Assembly (NCBI GenBank): GCA_963665815.1
Contig: OY762463.1
Location: 3,104,001 to 3,168,000 of the forward strand
DNA: 64,000 nt
Direction: 5' to 3'
Source of the DNA: Candidatus Cloacimonadales bacterium
Lineage (GTDB): Bacteria > Cloacimonadota > Cloacimonadia > Cloacimonadales > JAIOQZ01
The notes below the pieces were generated by a model. The model saw nothing but the letters and a program-made list of their open reading frames with translations, had not been told where the DNA came from and made no database searches. Below are positions 37,595 to 47,439 of the stretch, piece by piece (within the stretch, counting starts at the first letter, position 1; the number at the start of each line of letters is the position of its first letter). The translations under genes were made by a program, and so were the position numbers.

Positions 37595-38143
37595 ATGCAA
37601 TACAATAAAAACTCTCTCCGCTTTCTTGACTCTCCTGACAGACTGAAGTATCTGGCTTTCCTTACAGCTTTTACAGTCATTCTGCATATACTTGAAACAT
37701 TTATTCCCAAACCTGTACCCTTTTTGAGATTTGGACTTGCAAATATTATTGTTCTAATGCTTGTTGTTTGTCGTTATTTTAAAGAAGCTGTTGCTGTTGC
37801 TGTCCTGAAAACAATAACCGGCGGTTTGTTCACAGGTATGCTACTTACACCGGGAACTCTCATAGGATTGAGTGGATCAGCGCTTTCGATATCTGTCATG
37901 TCTTCATTGATATATTTCAAAGTTCCATTCAGTATAATTGGATTGAGTATAAGCGGTGCAGTAGCTCATAATTTCGGGCAAATTCTTGTATTAATGTTTA
38001 TAATGCAGGAATCAGGTATAATTTATTTGACTCCATTGCTTATTGTTATAGGAATTGTCAGTGGGGCAGTAATCGGTTATATTGCCCATGTTTTTCTGAT
38101 TGAAATAGAGAAAAGAATTCAACTTAAAAAAGTTGAAGAGTAA
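37595..38143 (+). CDS. Gx transporter family membrane protein (heptaprenyl diphosphate synthase component I-like)
   Basis: LETFIPKPVPFLRFGLAN and GAVAHNFGQ motifs. Start moved to ATG 37595 because the track's start lies inside the tRNA. Confidence 0.85.
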   Translation: MQYNKNSLRFLDSPDRLKYLAFLTAFTVILHILETFIPKPVPFLRFGLANIIVLMLVVCRYFKEAVAVAVLKTITGGLFTGMLLTPGTLIGLSGSALSISVMSSLIYFKVPFSIIGLSISGAVAHNFGQILVLMFIMQESGIIYLTPLLIVIGIVSGAVIGYIAHVFLIEIEKRIQLKKVEE

Positions 38144-38153
38144 AAGGTATAAT

Positions 38154-40367
38154 ATGAAAGTTGTAGTATATAAGAAATATGTTTATAGATTGTTAGCTGC
38201 TTTTTTTCTGATATGTCTTTTCGGAGCATCAGCTGTTGCGGGAATTTTTTACTCATTTAAGGATGAGCTTCCTCCATTGAGTGAACTGAAAAATTATGAT
38301 ATGAAGACAGGCTCGGAAGTCTATGATATAAACAATAATCTCATTCACACTTTTGCTGTAGAGAAAAGACAGCTTGTTAAACTCAGTGAGATTCCCCAAT
38401 ATGCAATTGATGCTCTTATGGCAACTGAAGATAAAGACTTTCGTAAACACTGGGGTGTTGATCTTAGAGCTAATCTCAGAGCAGTTCTGGTTGATATTTT
38501 AAGAGGATCTCTGGATCAGGGAGCTAGTACAATTACTCAGCAACTATCAAGAAATATGTTTCTAGGGTATGAAAAGCAAATTTCAAGGAAAATAAAAGAA
38601 ATAATACTTTCGGTACAAATAGAAAGAATGTACTCAAAGGATGAAATTCTGGAGATGTACTTCAATAAGGTTCCTTTCGGTCCGGGTATATACGGTATTG
38701 CTACAGCAAGCAGGATTTACTTTAACAAAACTCCTATGGAACTTACAATTGCCGAGGCAGCTTTAATAGTTGGAATTACACAGTATCCCTCAGGACATTA
38801 CCCTAAAAGGTATCCTGAAAATGCTATTAGAAGAAGAAATATTGTATTAAGAAGGATGTTTCTGGAAAATAAGATAACTAAAGAACAATACGAAAAAGCT
38901 AAAAATGAAGAGCTTGTATTGTATGAACACAGAGAGAAAAGAGCTGCTGACGACTATTTCGTAGAGCACATCAGAAGACCTTTGGAAAAAAAATACGGTA
39001 CAACAAGATTGTTTACCGGAGGATTAAAGATCTATACAACATTGGATATTGATCTTCAGCAATACTCGGATTCTGTATTGAATGAGCATTTAACAGCATT
39101 CGAAGAAAAGAATGACTTTGAGTTTAAATATTCTGATTTTCCTGCAGACACACTTGACATTGTTACTCCATATGTACAGGGAGCTGTGCTGGTAATGGAT
39201 GCTGAAACAGGTTATATTTATACTATGATTGGTGGACGTTCCTTCAATCACAGTAAATATAATCGAATGACTCAGGCTAAGAGACAGCCGGGCTCAGCAT
39301 TTAAGCCTATATTATATTCTTCAGCATTGGAGAATGGTTATACTCTGGCTACAGTGATTAAGGATGAGCCTATAGTTTTTCTGGAAGCTGATACATTATT
39401 TTACAAACCAAACAACTATTCCAGAGCTTTCTACGGGTATACCAGAATGAGAGATGCTCTTAAGAACTCCAGAAATATTTATGCTATTAAGATGATAACA
39501 GATTTAGGACCGAGGAAAGTTTCACGTCTGGCAAAACGTTTTGGCTTAACAACCAGAATTGCTCCGATCTATTCTCTTGCAATAGGTACCGAAGTAGTTC
39601 GCCCAATAGAACTGATCAGTGGATATTCCACATTCCCGAACGGTGGGGAAAGGGTAAATCCTGTCTTTATTCGAAGAATAGAGGATATGGACGGTAAAAT
39701 TCTTGAGCAGGCAGCACCTGAGAGAATCAGAGTAATCGATGAGAAGGTTGCTTATCTGATGCTGACTCAGATGAAATCAGTGGTTGAAGAAGGTACGGCA
39801 CAGGGAATAAGATGGCGCGGATACAGGTGGCCGGCGGCAGGTAAAACCGGTACAACGGATGATTTTCGTGATGCCTGGTTTATTGGTTATAATAAAAGAT
39901 ATATCTGTGGAATCTGGGTTGGATTTGATGATAATACACCTCTTGGAAAGAAGAACTCAGGAGCAACTGCAGCTCTTCCTCCATGGCCATATATAATGAG
40001 AAAGAAACTTGAGATGGATGCTCCTTTGAACAGTAGAGGAAAACCTATAATAGATAGTTCCGAGCTGGAATTTCAAAAGCCCAATGGGATTATTCAAGTG
40101 GAAATATCTAAGAAAACCGGATTTCTTCCTCAGAGTGAGCATGACGACACAATTATGGAATATTTCATTGCCGGAACGGAACCAAATCCACTTTCCGACA
40201 GTCTGGCATATAACTTCTATCCGACAATGTACAGAGAGAATGATAAAGATACTCTGATCTTTGATCTTGGTGGTGTTTTGCCGGATTCCATTCTGGCAGA
40301 TACTCTCAGACTTGATTCTTTACTCTTTAAATATGATAGCTTAAACGTTAAGATTATAGAATTGTAA
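38154..40367 (+). CDS. Class A penicillin-binding protein (PBP1A)
   Basis: TGase motifs TEDKDF.H.G, GASTITQQL, RKIKE; TPase motifs SAFK, SRN, KTGT. ATG start at 38154 preferred. Confidence 0.93.
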   Translation: MKVVVYKKYVYRLLAAFFLICLFGASAVAGIFYSFKDELPPLSELKNYDMKTGSEVYDINNNLIHTFAVEKRQLVKLSEIPQYAIDALMATEDKDFRKHWGVDLRANLRAVLVDILRGSLDQGASTITQQLSRNMFLGYEKQISRKIKEIILSVQIERMYSKDEILEMYFNKVPFGPGIYGIATASRIYFNKTPMELTIAEAALIVGITQYPSGHYPKRYPENAIRRRNIVLRRMFLENKITKEQYEKAKNEELVLYEHREKRAADDYFVEHIRRPLEKKYGTTRLFTGGLKIYTTLDIDLQQYSDSVLNEHLTAFEEKNDFEFKYSDFPADTLDIVTPYVQGAVLVMDAETGYIYTMIGGRSFNHSKYNRMTQAKRQPGSAFKPILYSSALENGYTLATVIKDEPIVFLEADTLFYKPNNYSRAFYGYTRMRDALKNSRNIYAIKMITDLGPRKVSRLAKRFGLTTRIAPIYSLAIGTEVVRPIELISGYSTFPNGGERVNPVFIRRIEDMDGKILEQAAPERIRVIDEKVAYLMLTQMKSVVEEGTAQGIRWRGYRWPAAGKTGTTDDFRDAWFIGYNKRYICGIWVGFDDNTPLGKKNSGATAALPPWPYIMRKKLEMDAPLNSRGKPIIDSSELEFQKPNGIIQVEISKKTGFLPQSEHDDTIMEYFIAGTEPNPLSDSLAYNFYPTMYRENDKDTLIFDLGGVLPDSILADTLRLDSLLFKYDSLNVKIIEL

Positions 40368-40368
40368 G

Positions 40369-41484
40369 ATGACAATACTGATTATAATCTACGCTGTTTC
40401 AGCACTTCTATATCTGTACTATAATTTCATTTTTCTGAAAGGGCTTGATAAAGAACAGGACATAAGTCTGACATCAAAACCTTTCGTGTCAGTAGTGGTT
40501 GCTGCGAGAAATGAAGAAAAGCGACTACCTTATCTGCTCACAAGTCTGATAAATCAATCATATCCTGCTGCCATGTTTGAAGTTATTGTTGCTAATGATT
40601 CCTCAGATGATGATACTGCCGGGGTTGTCAGGAAATTTGCTGAAAAATGGAATAATATAAAATTAGTGAATGTAACAGGAAGAGAGAATGTCAGGTCTCC
40701 CAAAAAAAATGCGCTGGGTCAGGCTATTGCTGCAGCAAAAGGCGAGATAATACTTTCTACTGATGCTGACTGTATCACAGGTATTCACTGGATATCTTCC
40801 ATGGTTGCTTCTTATGATGATGATACCGCAATGGTTGCCGGATATTCTTCCACAGATCCCGGAAAATGGAAGAAAATTTCCTTTATCAGGAAATTTGAAC
40901 ATGTTGATTCACATATAATTTTTGCTGCTGCTGCCGGAGCTTTGAATAATGCCAAATATTTTTCCTGTTCCGGTCAGAACATATCATATCGAAAAAGTGC
41001 TTTTGAGGCAGTTGGTGGTTTCGAATCCATTAAACATATTTTATCTGGAGATGACATTAATCTTATGCAGCTTATTCGCCGAACCGGTAAGAAAATAAGA
41101 TTTTGTATGAATTATCACAGTTTTGTGAAGACCAGACCTATTGACAGCCTCGGAGCATTTCTCAATCAACGAGCCAGATGGGCATCAAATACATCCTGGC
41201 AGATTATCCTTAATCCTGAATTCTTTGTTTATCTGCTTGGAACATTTATTACAAATATAGGTCTGATACCAATGTTTTTTGTAAATACATGGATTGCCTC
41301 AGCTGTTTTTACCGCAAAGTTGATCTCTGATTTCGTTTTTTTTAGAGTTTCATTTATGAAGTTTAATATAGACAAAGAAAAAATGGTGTTTTTCCCAATC
41401 TGGTTTATCTGTTATCCGTTTTATGTGTTTGCTTCAGCGATTTCAGGTATGGCAGGTTTATTTTCCTGGCACGGAAGAAAATAG
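40369..41484 (+). CDS. Family 2 glycosyltransferase (membrane-bound)
   Basis: VSVVVAARNEE, NDSSDD, TDADC, SGDD, QRARW. Confidence 0.9.
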   Translation: MTILIIIYAVSALLYLYYNFIFLKGLDKEQDISLTSKPFVSVVVAARNEEKRLPYLLTSLINQSYPAAMFEVIVANDSSDDDTAGVVRKFAEKWNNIKLVNVTGRENVRSPKKNALGQAIAAAKGEIILSTDADCITGIHWISSMVASYDDDTAMVAGYSSTDPGKWKKISFIRKFEHVDSHIIFAAAAGALNNAKYFSCSGQNISYRKSAFEAVGGFESIKHILSGDDINLMQLIRRTGKKIRFCMNYHSFVKTRPIDSLGAFLNQRARWASNTSWQIILNPEFFVYLLGTFITNIGLIPMFFVNTWIASAVFTAKLISDFVFFRVSFMKFNIDKEKMVFFPIWFICYPFYVFASAISGMAGLFSWHGRK

Positions 41485-41493
41485 GAGTATATT

Positions 41494-42708
41494 ATGAATT
41501 ACATAATTTTTGATGATGCGGAACGAAGCAATTTCTTTCCATTAACATTAAACAGATCAACTGGTGATCTAAGGGTTGGGATTCTGAAACTGCGTCAAAG
41601 GCTGTTTACTGATTTTGATATGGATGATATGAATATTCTTATTCATTCTGATCTCAAGGATATATACGAAGAACGTCATCCGGAATGGAATATCAATGAG
41701 TTTCATGGGGATGATTATATATTCATTAACTCAAGATTGAAAATTAATCCTGAACTTGTTGATAGAATAAAAAAACTTGGTTCAGGAACTGGTTTTAAAT
41801 CAGATAACAGCATTGCAGCCTTCAGAATGAACTTCGAAGATGGAGAAGTGAGTTCAGAAAATTTTGAGCCAAATAGTATTGATTGGTATGATCTTAACAG
41901 TACAGATCCTTGTTTCTGGAATAATGTTTCTGATTTCATCAAAGAGAATGCAGAATATATAGACAGGGATTTCAGAGCTTATTTTTATGAAAAGGATAAC
42001 TATTTTGAAACAGAGATGGGTGTGATGGTGCTTAATCCATATAACATCTGGCTTGGTGAAGGATGCCGTATACAACCGGGAGTAGTGATTGATGCTACTG
42101 AAGGTCCTGTTGTGATTGATGAAGATGCAATGATTATGGCTAACTCTGTGATTATTGGACCTGTATACATTGGCAAAAAAACAAAAATCAAAGCAATGGC
42201 AAAGATTTATGAAGGAACTACAATAGGTCCTGTCTGTAAGATTGGGGGAGAAGTTGAAGAATCAATCATTCATGGATATTCTAATAAACAGCATGATGGA
42301 TTTCTTGGGCATGCTTATCTTGGTGAATGGGTGAATCTCGGAGCTGATACTAATAACAGTGATTTGAAGAATAATTACGGAAATGTGAAGATATATAATT
42401 ACCGTACAGAATCGATGATAGATTCGGGAACTCAGTTTATGGGGTCAATAATTGGTGATCATACGAAAATTGGAATTAACTGCTCATTGAATACAGGTGT
42501 TGTTATTGGTATGGGTTGTAACCTGTATGGTAGAGATTTGATAACCGGATTCATCCCTGATTTTAGTTGGGGAGAAACGGGCAGGCTTACGGATTACCGT
42601 CTTGATAAGTTTTTTGATACAGCCGCAATTGTCAAGCAGAGAAGAAAGCTTGAGTTTTCGGAAACAGAAAAAGTACTTTACAACAAATTAGTAAAAAAAG
42701 GATTATGA
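41494..42708 (+). CDS. GlmU-like sugar nucleotidyltransferase with hexapeptide-repeat domain
   Basis: FFPLT..R...LRVGI, hexapeptide repeats, NKQHDGFLGHAYLGEWVNLGA..NSDLKN. Confidence 0.85.
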   Translation: MNYIIFDDAERSNFFPLTLNRSTGDLRVGILKLRQRLFTDFDMDDMNILIHSDLKDIYEERHPEWNINEFHGDDYIFINSRLKINPELVDRIKKLGSGTGFKSDNSIAAFRMNFEDGEVSSENFEPNSIDWYDLNSTDPCFWNNVSDFIKENAEYIDRDFRAYFYEKDNYFETEMGVMVLNPYNIWLGEGCRIQPGVVIDATEGPVVIDEDAMIMANSVIIGPVYIGKKTKIKAMAKIYEGTTIGPVCKIGGEVEESIIHGYSNKQHDGFLGHAYLGEWVNLGADTNNSDLKNNYGNVKIYNYRTESMIDSGTQFMGSIIGDHTKIGINCSLNTGVVIGMGCNLYGRDLITGFIPDFSWGETGRLTDYRLDKFFDTAAIVKQRRKLEFSETEKVLYNKLVKKGL

Positions 42709-42730
42709 TTCAATTCATAAAAAAATAAAT

Positions 42731-42858
42731 GAGAAATTTGTATAAAGTTTCGATGAGATTTTAGAAATCATTGAGAAAGTCTTTCAGTAAGCTCATTTTG
42801 AGTCATTATTTGATAAATTCTAAAATCGAGTCAACTATTCCAATTATGCAAAGATTTC
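42731..42858 (+). repeat. MITE-like dispersed repeat, copy 3
   Basis: gagaaatttgtataa ... cgagtcaactattccaattatgcaaagatttc. Confidence 0.6.
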
Positions 42859-42867
42859 TAAATGATT

Positions 42868-43022
42868 AAGAGCTTTGCATTATAGCAGGATATTCAGATT
42901 TGGCTCTATTTTTCGATGAAATTGTAAAATTCATCAAGACAGTCTTTCAAAGACTTATATTTTGATCCGAATCAGGATAAATTTTGAAATGTATCAGAAT
43001 AAACCAATTACGCAGATGTCTC
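42868..43022 (+). repeat. MITE-like dispersed repeat, copy 4 (tandem with copy 3)
   Basis: aagagctttgcattatagca ... ccaattacgcagatgtctc; internal tttcgatga, agtctttca and gataaatt blocks shared with copy 3. Confidence 0.55.
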
Positions 43023-43053
43023 TGATTGAATTAGAGATAAATATGAGGTATTA

Positions 43054-43884
43054 ATGGAAAATGCACTTGTAGAAGTGGAATATAGAAACGGAAGAATCGG
43101 TTATTTTACTAATGCTGATTCGCTGAATATTGAACCTGATTCCTGGGTTATTGTCCAGGTTGACAGAGGTGTTGACATTGCACGTGTTATTAACACACAA
43201 GTGGAAGCAGAGAGCATTGTCGATAAAATAGATACTACTGATTTGCTTAAAGTAGTTCGCAGTCTTACTGAAGAAGACGATCAGAAGCTAATTGAGCTTG
43301 AAGAAAAAGAAGATGAAGCACACAGAAAATTTATGGAACTTGTTGTGAAATATCCATTTGATATGAAGCTTATAAAAACAAATTATCAGTTTGATCTTAA
43401 CAAACTTACTTTCTTCTTTACTGCAGATGGCAGAGTTGATTTCAGAGAGTTTGTAAGAGAGCTCGCTTCTAACTTCAGAACCAGAATAGAACTGCACCAG
43501 ACAACCGGTAGAGATGTTGCCAAGCAGCTTGGTGGTATTGGGATGTGTGGAAAGAACTATTGCTGTGCTACTTTTCTCAGACAATTCAGTCAGATTACTA
43601 TCAAAATGGCTAAAGATCAGAACCTTTCAGGCAATTTGTCAAAGATTTCAGGACCTTGCGGAAGACTGCTCTGTTGCCTGCACTACGAAGAAAACTATTA
43701 TATGGAGATATCCAGAGATTTTCCTGAAGTTGGTGAAGAAATATTTTACAATGATATGAAAATGTACGTATATAAGAATGATTTCTATAACAAGAAAGTT
43801 CATCTTACTTCAGAAGACCAGGTCTCAGAAGTTATTGATCTTAAACAGTATCATAAATTAAGCAAAAGAAGATTTAACAAGTGA
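43054..43884 (+). CDS. ricT: PSP1/RicT (YaaT) family Fe-S protein
   Basis: RVDFRE.V.ELA..F.TRIEL, GxCG..CC, ISGPCGRLLCCL.YE. Confidence 0.9.
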   Translation: MENALVEVEYRNGRIGYFTNADSLNIEPDSWVIVQVDRGVDIARVINTQVEAESIVDKIDTTDLLKVVRSLTEEDDQKLIELEEKEDEAHRKFMELVVKYPFDMKLIKTNYQFDLNKLTFFFTADGRVDFREFVRELASNFRTRIELHQTTGRDVAKQLGGIGMCGKNYCCATFLRQFSQITIKMAKDQNLSGNLSKISGPCGRLLCCLHYEENYYMEISRDFPEVGEEIFYNDMKMYVYKNDFYNKKVHLTSEDQVSEVIDLKQYHKLSKRRFNK

Positions 43885-44918
43885 AACATGTATTAGGTTT
43901 ACTACCTGAAGAAATAGAAGCCGATTTTCTTGAGCTGGGTGAAAAGAAATTCAGGGCAAAGCAGTTTACAAGATGGATTTTCAGGAACAGGATACTTGAG
44001 CTGGATAAAATGACAAACCTGTCTCCAAAACTGTATCCCGGATTAGACAGAGTTTTCGATCTCGAATTACCTGAGATTAAGAAGATAAGCCGTTCTGAGG
44101 ATGGTTCGAGGAAATATGCTCTTGCATTGAAAGATAAGCTTGTTATTGAGATGGTTATCATGCCTTCGGAAGAGAAAACGACATTATGTATCTCGTCACA
44201 GGTTGGATGTAAAAGAGCATGTAGTTTTTGTGCTACAGCAGCTATGAGGCTGAAACGTAATCTCGAAGTACATGAGATTATTGCACAGGTTTTTATAGCA
44301 TTGAATGAGCTGAAAGAAAATGAGAGATTAACTAATATTGTCTTTATGGGAATGGGGGAACCTCTCGATAACTTCAAAAATGTGATGAAATCTGTTGAAA
44401 TTCTCAGAAATGAAAGCTGTTTTCAGTTTAGCCCAAGAAGAATTACAATATCTACCTGCGGAGTAATTCCCGGAATTCGAGAACTGATAAATTCGAAAGT
44501 GAAAGTGAAGCTTGCAGTTTCTCTGAACTCAGCAATTGATGAAAAGAGAACAGAGTTAATGCCGGTCAATAAACTGTATCCTCTGGATGATCTGAAGAAA
44601 GTGCTTATTGACTATACAAAAAACTCAAAATTCAGAATAACGTTTGAGTATATTCTGATAAAGAATAAAAACATGGAACCCGAAGATATTAAAGCTTTGA
44701 AGAAATATACCGGTGATATTTCATGCAAAATTAACCTTATACCATGGAACAGTGTAAGTTCCAAAAGAGACTATATGGCACCTGCTCCGGCAGACGTTGA
44801 TAATTTTGCTGCTGAACTGAAAGTTTTAAGTGCTGCAATTACAGTAAGACAAAGTAAAGGTCAGGATATTGCGGCAGCTTGCGGACAGCTGGCAGCCAAG
44901 ACAAAAAATATGAGGTAG
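43881..44918 (+). CDS. rlmN: Dual-specificity RNA methyltransferase RlmN
   Basis: CISSQVGCKRACSFC, MGMGEPL, INLIPWN, IAAACGQL. Confidence 0.96.
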   Translation: MKHVLGLLPEEIEADFLELGEKKFRAKQFTRWIFRNRILELDKMTNLSPKLYPGLDRVFDLELPEIKKISRSEDGSRKYALALKDKLVIEMVIMPSEEKTTLCISSQVGCKRACSFCATAAMRLKRNLEVHEIIAQVFIALNELKENERLTNIVFMGMGEPLDNFKNVMKSVEILRNESCFQFSPRRITISTCGVIPGIRELINSKVKVKLAVSLNSAIDEKRTELMPVNKLYPLDDLKKVLIDYTKNSKFRITFEYILIKNKNMEPEDIKALKKYTGDISCKINLIPWNSVSSKRDYMAPAPADVDNFAAELKVLSAAITVRQSKGQDIAAACGQLAAKTKNMR

Positions 44919-44920
44919 CA

Positions 44921-45703
44921 ATGAAACATATTAAAGATCTTGCAATTGATTTGTTTGATATTGGTCATGAAAAACCATGTCAATGTGGTGGAGAGCATGA
45001 AATCTGCCTTTCCTGTAAAGTATGCAGAAAGGATGAAGAGGATAAACTGGCAACGGATTTTGAGAATCTTGCACAGTACATTGATCATACTATTTTAAAA
45101 GCAGATGCATCTGTTAATGATGTAAAGAAAATATGTAATGAAGCGGAAACATTTAACTTTGCTTCAGTATGTGTTAATCCAGCTTTTATTAAACTTGCAT
45201 CATACCAATTGAATACAGTTCCGGCTTGTTCGGTTATTGGTTTTCCACTTGGTGCTAACAGGACTGAGACCAAGGTTTTTGAGACACTGAGAGCTATCGA
45301 AGACGGAGCAGATGAAATTGATATGGTAATGAGTATAGGTCAGATGATAACAAAACATTACAGCGATGTTTTCAATGATATTAAAGCAGTTGCAGATATG
45401 TGCCGTTCAAGAAAGAAGCTTCTCAAAGTGATAATTGAAACTTGTTATTTAAGTACTACAGGTAAAATTGTTGGATGTCTGTTAGCTAAAAAAGCCGGTG
45501 CAGAATTTGTTAAAACTTCAACCGGATTTGGAAGTGGTGGAGCAACTGTGGAAGACATCGAACTTATGAGAGCTACAGTAGGACCGAAACTTGGTGTTAA
45601 AGCTTCAGGTGGTATAAGAGATAAAGAAACAGCAATAAATATGCTTAAAGCCGGAGCAAACAGAATCGGTGCAAGCCAGAGTATATATATAGTATCAACT
45701 TAA
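44921..45703 (+). CDS. deoC: Deoxyribose-phosphate aldolase with Cys-rich N-terminal extension
   Basis: IDHTILK, GFPLGA, DEIDMV, KTSTGF, KASGGIR; GAGG RBS before ATG 44921. Confidence 0.95.
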   Translation: MKHIKDLAIDLFDIGHEKPCQCGGEHEICLSCKVCRKDEEDKLATDFENLAQYIDHTILKADASVNDVKKICNEAETFNFASVCVNPAFIKLASYQLNTVPACSVIGFPLGANRTETKVFETLRAIEDGADEIDMVMSIGQMITKHYSDVFNDIKAVADMCRSRKKLLKVIIETCYLSTTGKIVGCLLAKKAGAEFVKTSTGFGSGGATVEDIELMRATVGPKLGVKASGGIRDKETAINMLKAGANRIGASQSIYIVST

Positions 45704-45717
45704 AGTCAGGGAGCAAA

Positions 45718-47100
45718 ATGGATATTAAATTAGCCGGATATAATATTGATACAAGTTTAATAAAAGATATAAAAAATCAGGCTGCTGCAACACCGGAAAC
45801 AATTTCGGCAGCTTATGCAAGAATCAGTCGTTCATCTCTCAGTGTGACCGAATTACGTGAAAATTCAATTGCTGAAGTTGAGAATGCCAGAAAGTCCAAT
45901 GATAACATTATCTTCGAGATGGGACATTCATCTGTTGCGGAACATGCTGTGTTTAATTTTGATCTGATTGGTGTCTCCAGATATCTGTCCGAGATTATAC
46001 AGAAAAGCAGGTTAGCCTCATTCACAGAGAAGTCTCAGAGATATGTTACTCTTTCCAATGATTATGTTATTCCTGAAGAGATCGAAAACTCTGTACTGAA
46101 AGAAGAATATACATCAATGGTTGAAAAACAGTTTAACTTTTACCGAAAACTTTATGATGCAGCAAAATCCATGCTGGTTGTTGATGATTTCGGTGGTTCT
46201 AAAAAGCTGATGTATAACAGAGCAAAGGAAGATGCTCGTTATGTACTTCCTCTGGCAATGGAAAGCCAGATGGGAATGACTATCAGTGCCAGGAATCTGG
46301 AAAGACTGTTAAGAAGGCTTGACTGCTGCGATTTAACAGAAGCATCTGTTTTAAAAGAAAAGATAGAGTCTCTCGTTAAACACATCGCTCCATCATTAAT
46401 AAAATACACTACTAAAGAAGATTACTATATGAACTGCCTTGATATGTCGGATATTACTCAGACACAGTCCAATTTCCAGCAGGTTCATCTCACGGATTAT
46501 ACTGAAGATGCCGATTTGAAGATACTTGCATCATTAATCTTTGAGGAGACAGGTGGTAGTTACCTAAAAATACTTGAGAATTTAAAGGGAATGGCAAAGA
46601 AAAAGATTGGGAATATGTACAACAGTATTTTCTGCGGTATGAAAGCATATCATAATCCACCAAAGGCCTTCGAAATGGCTGAATTCTCATTTCAAATGCA
46701 CATGTCTTCAAGTTGTTTTGCTCAATTGAAGCGACATCGAATGCTCAGTTTAATATATTGTAGGAACAGAAGAAACTTTGTTATGCCGGAATTACTGATT
46801 ATGACCGGATTAGGAATGGAAATAGACTCTATTCATCTGGAAACATTGAAGCTTTATGATAAAATGGAAGAAATTAAAAAAGGTCTCGGAGACTACATTC
46901 TGATGAATGGTCATGGTGTAGATGTTATTCTTAAAGCAAACCTCAGAGAGCTCTATCATGTTTCTCGACTCAGATCAGATTCACATGCTCAATGGGAAAT
47001 ACGAGAGTTGTCTCTTATAATGGATCAGATTATTATGCGATGTGCTCCTTTTGCCGCAAAATATATTATGGGTAAGGATCAGTTTCAGGAGAATGTGTGA
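45718..47100 (+). CDS. thyX: FAD-dependent thymidylate synthase with tandem Thy1 domains
   Basis: GHSSVAEH, SFTEKSQRY, EDARYVLP in domain 1; QLKRHR, NLREL.H..RLR, HAQWEIR in domain 2. Confidence 0.88.
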   Translation: MDIKLAGYNIDTSLIKDIKNQAAATPETISAAYARISRSSLSVTELRENSIAEVENARKSNDNIIFEMGHSSVAEHAVFNFDLIGVSRYLSEIIQKSRLASFTEKSQRYVTLSNDYVIPEEIENSVLKEEYTSMVEKQFNFYRKLYDAAKSMLVVDDFGGSKKLMYNRAKEDARYVLPLAMESQMGMTISARNLERLLRRLDCCDLTEASVLKEKIESLVKHIAPSLIKYTTKEDYYMNCLDMSDITQTQSNFQQVHLTDYTEDADLKILASLIFEETGGSYLKILENLKGMAKKKIGNMYNSIFCGMKAYHNPPKAFEMAEFSFQMHMSSSCFAQLKRHRMLSLIYCRNRRNFVMPELLIMTGLGMEIDSIHLETLKLYDKMEEIKKGLGDYILMNGHGVDVILKANLRELYHVSRLRSDSHAQWEIRELSLIMDQIIMRCAPFAAKYIMGKDQFQENV

Positions 47101-47439
47101 ATTAACTTGTAAAAGTGATATCTTGAGATTGTGACTGACAGGAATATGGATTTTTAGTATTTGATACAATGTATTATTTTATTTGTGATGTAAATATTAT
47201 TATATCAAATATTCACAAATTTTTACATGTGCATTAACAATATACTGATATCAAAAGAATTGAATAGTATTTTTGTCCACTCAGTGTCAGCTTGATTGTT
47301 ACTTTAATACAACAAATTAATTGACGAATAAATTGTGATTATAATTTTGAAGTTTAATTATTCTATACCATTTTGAGAATAATATTGAGACTAACTACTG
47401 AAACATTTATATGAGAGTGTAAATGTTAAAGAGGTTTAA

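Noticed and set aside
37492-37620. tRNA-Leu as an integration site for an island
   Set aside because: No integrase and no duplicated tRNA 3' end seen in the window.
37320-37710. ORFs 37320-37580 and 37525-37710 (minus), and the 37535 start of the Gx gene
   Set aside because: Artefacts of overlap with tRNA-Leu.
42709-43053. CRISPR-like array in the repeated intergenic region
   Set aside because: Only two long degenerate units with terminal inverted repeats; no identical repeats with unique spacers and no cas genes.
44879-44920. Longer deoC start given in the ORF track
   Set aside because: It overlaps the rlmN 3' end; ATG 44921 has a proper RBS.
47101-47439. Rex/CRP-type operator (TTGTGA...TCACAA) upstream of pgsB
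   Set aside because: The half-sites are spaced far wider than the canonical 6 nt; the region is simply AT-rich.
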